A DNA stretch of 64,000 bases from Camelus ferus (lineage: Eukaryota). The translations under genes were made by a program, and so were the position numbers. Location of the stretch: assembly GCF_009834535.1 (NCBI RefSeq), contig NC_045696.1:3102001-3166000 (forward strand), in the 5' to 3' direction. The stretch's first letter is position 1. Every line of letters begins with the position of its first letter. The notes beneath the pieces were generated by a model. The model made no database searches, was not told the DNA's origin, and saw only the letters and a list, made by a program, of their open reading frames with translations. Positions 60,801-64,000 of this stretch are shown piece after piece.

Positions 60801-62113
60801 AGGCTCTAGGAGAGGGCCCTTCCTGCCTCTTCCAGCTGCCGGTGGCCCTGGCATCCTCAGCATGTGGCAGAAGGTCCAGTCTCTGTCCCGTGGTCACAGG
60901 GCACCTCCCTGCGTGCCTGTGTCTCCTCGTCTGTGGGCTTCACTTCCCCTCATTTCCTGTTTGAGGATGGTGGTAATTAGATTTCAGGCCCGTAGGCTAA
61001 TCCAGGACCATCTCCCCGTGGAGATCCTTATCTCAGCCCCACACGCAAAGACCCTTTTCCTCATGACATTCGCAGGTGGCAGGAGTCAGGACCTCACGTC
61101 TTCGGGGCCACGATTCAGCACACTGCGCGTCCACCTCAGCAAGCCCGTGGCCACAGCTTTCCTTTCCTACCACCCGGAAGGGGCGAACTCGGACCAGGGG
61201 AGGGCTCCGTTCACGGCGACGGGGCCAGTTCTCCCCCATGTGAAGCACCAGCACATTCAGATAGAGGCCGAGCTTGGGGCTGAGCCTCTCAATTCAGCTT
61301 CTCCCCTCCTTCAACCTGGAAAGCGGGGTGTAGCCTCGGGGAGCCCCCACCTGAGTCCGTGCCTGGTCTCCTCCCCTGCAGCGAGTACGGGGCGGCCCCA
61401 TCTTCGTCTGTCTGTGGCTGGCAGGAGCCTGGCTCACAGTCAGTAGCCCCTCTTCCTGGGCCGTCCTCCCCCACCGAGCACCTGGCTAAAGAGATCACCC
61501 CGTTGCCCTCCCAGCATCCCAGTGTCCTCTGCCCTGGGCTCAGTCTTGTCTGGCCTGGAGGCAGCCGCTGGGAGGCTGGTGGGTTCTTGGTGGGAGCCAG
61601 CTGGCTGATGAGAGAATTAGGGTGGAGGAGGGGATTCCTGGAGGGCCGTGTCCTGCCCCATTCCTGCCCCTGGTCCTGGCACTATGACTGGCCAAGCTAC
61701 AGACATGAACTGCACGTTCTTGCAGACAGTGTGTGTGTGTGTGTGTGTGTGTGTTTGTGTGTGTGTTTGCGCGCGTGTGTGTGTATAGGGGTCACTCTCT
61801 GCCCAGGGTGGACAAGACAGAGCAACCCAGAGGCAGACAGATGGGTCCCCTGCTGACCCACCCGGCTCTGAGCTCAGGGTGGCAGGGTCTCCAAACAGAA
61901 GCCGCACCCTAGGGTCTGTGTACACCTGGAGTTGACACCGAGCGCAGTTGTACTCAGCTCACTTTGACATCAAGGGGCCTGGTCACCTGTAGGGACTGAA
62001 GGCTGCAGACGCTCCAGGACGTGGGCGGAGGGTGAGGCTCCCCATTTCGTCTGCCACTGGCTTCGCCGTCCTTTCTGGAGCTCAGGTCCGCGGCCAGACT
62101 GAAGGTGTACGTC
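42712..62113 (-). CDS. UBASH3A: UBASH3A (STS-2/TULA), 3' part, 8 exons: complement(join(42712..42849,45181..45290,47861..47967,48884..49028,53077..53169,55404..55526,58105..58204,61987..62113)); 5' exons lie beyond the window end
   Basis: Histidine phosphatase (PGM-like) domain with RHGE motif, SPALRCVQT, VEPGIFEW, VGHG and C-terminal PPVKTLTHG..FNWR; all GT-AG with matching phases. Confidence 0.96.
45181..45290 (-). CDS. UBASH3A: UBASH3A exon (GVTLIVGHGSALDSCTRPLL...AQLVRK)
   Basis: cccgcag| acceptor; AAG|GTACGC donor; 110 nt; contains the second active-site His. Confidence 0.95.
47861..47967 (-). CDS. UBASH3A: UBASH3A exon (PAFPLASLLPAESYQDFVHRC...CPQD)
   Basis: ccctag| acceptor; G|GTGAGT donor; 107 nt. 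Confidence 0.95.
48182..48620 (+). mobile_element. MER31-like LTR in a UBASH3A intron (antisense to the gene)
   Basis: gcaagaatcctgctaa.tcagtttagccagaatcc; cttgaataaag..cttcc...ctttaacaag. Confidence 0.6.
48654..48883. repeat. Minisatellite, 9 units of 24/25 bp GACCCC(T)CACCCGCAGCCCACGTGG, abutting a UBASH3A donor
   Basis: Units read directly; order A B B A B B A A B (A=25 bp, B=24 bp), then a partial A that is the real splice donor. Confidence 0.95.
48884..49028 (-). CDS. UBASH3A: UBASH3A exon (LKLEKKIKIRVEPGIFEWTKWEAG...NVSMDY)
   Basis: gtccag| acceptor; AG|GTGAGG donor; 145 nt. Confidence 0.95.
51169..51196. repeat. (GT)n microsatellite; others at 6932-6948 (CA), 54586-54602 (CA) and 61729-61785 (GT, interrupted)
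   Basis: Read directly from the sequence. Confidence 0.9.
53077..53169 (-). CDS. UBASH3A: UBASH3A exon (EALLDSGISVTCVFTSPALRCVQTAKHILE)
   Basis: ctcttttccag| acceptor; G|GTCAGT donor; 93 nt; not shown in this frame in the ORF track. Confidence 0.95.
53401..53544. repeat. Minisatellite, about 7.5 units of 19 bp CAGGGGGGCCTGACCCATC inside an MLT1 LTR
   Basis: gacccatc recurs at 53412, 53431, 53450, 53469, 53488, 53507 and 53526. Confidence 0.92.
54070..54462. mobile_element. MLT1 (MaLR) LTR; related copies near 40825-41065, 53290-53950, 58540-58830, 60690-61120 and 62220-62575
   Basis: aatctaatctgactggtgtccttataa..aagccaaggagagaggcc..accttgatctcgg.cttccag.ctccagaa. Confidence 0.7.
55404..55526 (-). 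CDS. UBASH3A: UBASH3A exon (RYYRPDLNFPRSLPRR...GIFQSRMA)
   Basis: ccttag| acceptor; G|GTATGG donor; 123 nt. Confidence 0.95.
58105..58204 (-). CDS. UBASH3A: UBASH3A exon with catalytic RHGE motif (ATAARKSILVVRHGERLDQIFGKSWLQQCSTLD)
   Basis: ctccag| acceptor; G|GTAGGT donor; 100 nt. Confidence 0.96.
59000..59487 (+). mobile_element. MER47A-like (Tigger-derived) DNA element
   Basis: ataaacccatcgtaa..catttaatacacccaacctacc..tgggcaaaatca..aacacaaagcctatt. Confidence 0.7.
59495..59806. repeat. Complex (TTTC)n/(CCTT)n polypyrimidine microsatellite ending in (CCAT)n
   Basis: About 300 nt almost purely C/T. Confidence 0.95.
61987..62113 (-). CDS. UBASH3A: UBASH3A linker exon (TYTFSLAADLSSRKDGEAS...SLQSLQ)
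   Basis: cccacag| acceptor; CAG|GTGACC donor; 127 nt; resembles the post-SH3 linker. Confidence 0.88.
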
Positions 62114-64000
62114 CTGTGGGAGGAGAAGGGGATGCCGTGTGGGGCAGACACGGGAAGCCCCTGTCAGCACGTGCTTGCGAGGGTACAGGAAGCGGTGGGC
62201 GGGTTAGGCCATCACACCCCGCTATGAGCTGAACTGCGTGCCCTTGAAGTTTACAGTCTTGACCCCTGGGACCTCCAAAGGTGCCCCTGTGTGGAGGTGG
62301 GGCCTTTAAAGGGCTGATTCAAGTAAAAAGAGGCTGCTAGGGTGGGTGCTGATTCAATCTGGCTGGTGTCCTAATGAGAAGGGCGGTCGGGACACCGACT
62401 CGCACAGAGGGACGACTGTGTGAGGACTCAGAGGAGCGGCATCCCCGCGCCAAGGAGAGGCCTCAGGGGAAGCAGCCCCGTCTTGGATGTCCAGCCGCCA
62501 GGACTGTGAAAGAATGAGCTCTGTCACTTAAGCCGCCCGCCTATGGTGTCTTGTTAGCGACCGGAGCAAACCAGCACATCACCCTCTTCAGGCCCATCTT
62601 CTGACACAGCTGAAGGTGTAAAGGTGGCTGTGGCTGGGAGACGGGGACAGGCGAGCAGAGCAGGCACGTTCTGCACCGTGGGAACGCCCCGGAAAGGCCC
62701 AGACTAGTCAGCGGGTGGGTGCAGCCGAGAGAAATTTCTCCTTGTCCGTGGATCAGGAAAGGTGCCCCTGGGGTGGGCTGGTGTTCAGGAGCTCTGGGGA
62801 CGGCTGAGGGCAAAGGTCACAGCACACCAGCGCTGTGAGAACTCTAGAAAGTGAGTGGGGGACGCCGAGGGGAGGGATGACGGAGGGGCCGGAGGAGGAG
62901 TGTGAGTGAGGAAGGAGCCCGTGGTCACGGAAATCCTCCGAGGGCAAGAAATGACTGGGCGCCCCAGGGAAAATCCATGTTATAAAGGGAAAGGTCATCT
63001 TCATCAACTCGATCCAAAAACAATCTACAACCACTTCTGGTTCCCTTTCCTGCCGGATCTGAACACCCATGCTGGTGGTCGCAAAGGAGTGCCACTGCAG
63101 CTGTCCTGACAGTGCGGGCAGCCTGCTGTATGTAGCATGCGGGCTGGGTTCAAACCAGGCTGATTAAAATAAAAACATACAATCAGAGCAGAGCGATGGG
63201 CAGGAGCTGGAGAGGGAGATGGGAAAGAGAGCTTGTGCTTGGTTTTGCTTTGAGGGTGACAGCATGTTTGTTTGCGGGTGGCCACCCTTGGGGAAGGTCT
63301 TGGGACGGCAGATGATGCTGGCACAGTGCTCTGGGGGAGGGGGCACTGGAAGCCCAGGAGGGATGGGATTTGGTAAGTTGGCCAGGAGTTTGGACCATTA
63401 GTCTAATGGGCGGGAGACGGGCAGGTGGGCCCAGAGGCCGCAGGTGGCAAGAGATGGTGGACGCTCTTCTGACGCCCACCCATCACGGTGCCTGGAATGA
63501 AGACGGCAGCGGGTCAGACACAAAGCACCGGCCAGCAGAGCGTCCAGGGATGCCTGGGCCTTTGATGCTAGTGGAAGAGGAGGCAGGTAATCTGCTCACC
63601 TGAGTCACTGGTAAGGGAACTTCATCTTAATTACTATTTTCTGAAAAGCCTTGTTCCCATCTTGCTCTTTATTTTATTTATTATTATTATTATTATTATT
63701 TTTAATTGAATTATAGTCAGTTACAATGTGTCGGTCTCTGGTGCACAGCACAATGTCTCAGTCATACATATACATACATGTATTTGTTTTCATTAAAGGT
63801 TATTACAAGATATTGAATATAGTTCCCTGTGCTGTACAGAAGAAACTTGTTTTTATCTATTTTTATATATAGTGGTGAACCTTTACAAATCTCAAACTCC
63901 CAAATTTATCCCTTCTCACCCCCTTTCCCTCAGTAACCATAAGACTGTCTATGTCTGTGAGTTTGTTTCTGTTTTGTAGATGAGTTCATTAGTGTCTTCT

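Noticed and set aside
60436..61446. 336-aa + strand ORF
   Set aside because: Runs through an MLT1 LTR in GC-rich intronic DNA antisense to UBASH3A, with no recognisable domain.

Overview
Mammalian genomic DNA, very likely camelid (camelid-type tRNA-derived SINEs and L1 3' ends). Gene order matches the human chr21q22.3 SLC37A1-RSPH1-UBASH3A block, in reverse orientation. (1) A complete 9-exon RSPH1 gene lies on + (CDS 9795-20264; 924 nt, 307 aa; all GT-AG introns with consistent phases). Its CpG-rich promoter carries a duplicated CCAAT + RFX X-box module. (2) The last 8 coding exons of UBASH3A (STS-2/TULA) lie on - (62113 down to stop at 42712) and encode the whole histidine-phosphatase domain. 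(3) A probable divergent promoter and non-coding exons near 2.1-5.5 kb may belong to SLC37A1 (inferred from synteny only). (4) A transposon-dense intergenic block contains a three-level nest: old L1 > ERV1-type solo LTR > near full-length L1 with TSDs and an unusually short 5' UTR. There is a 100-N assembly gap at 32521-32620. I see no CRISPR array, prokaryotic system or clearly new gene system. The best leads are the E-box/decoy-donor minisatellite fused to a UBASH3A 5' splice site, the possibly spliced L1 5' UTR, and the duplicated RSPH1 promoter module. Repeat family names come from recognition by eye and need RepeatMasker/Dfam confirmation.
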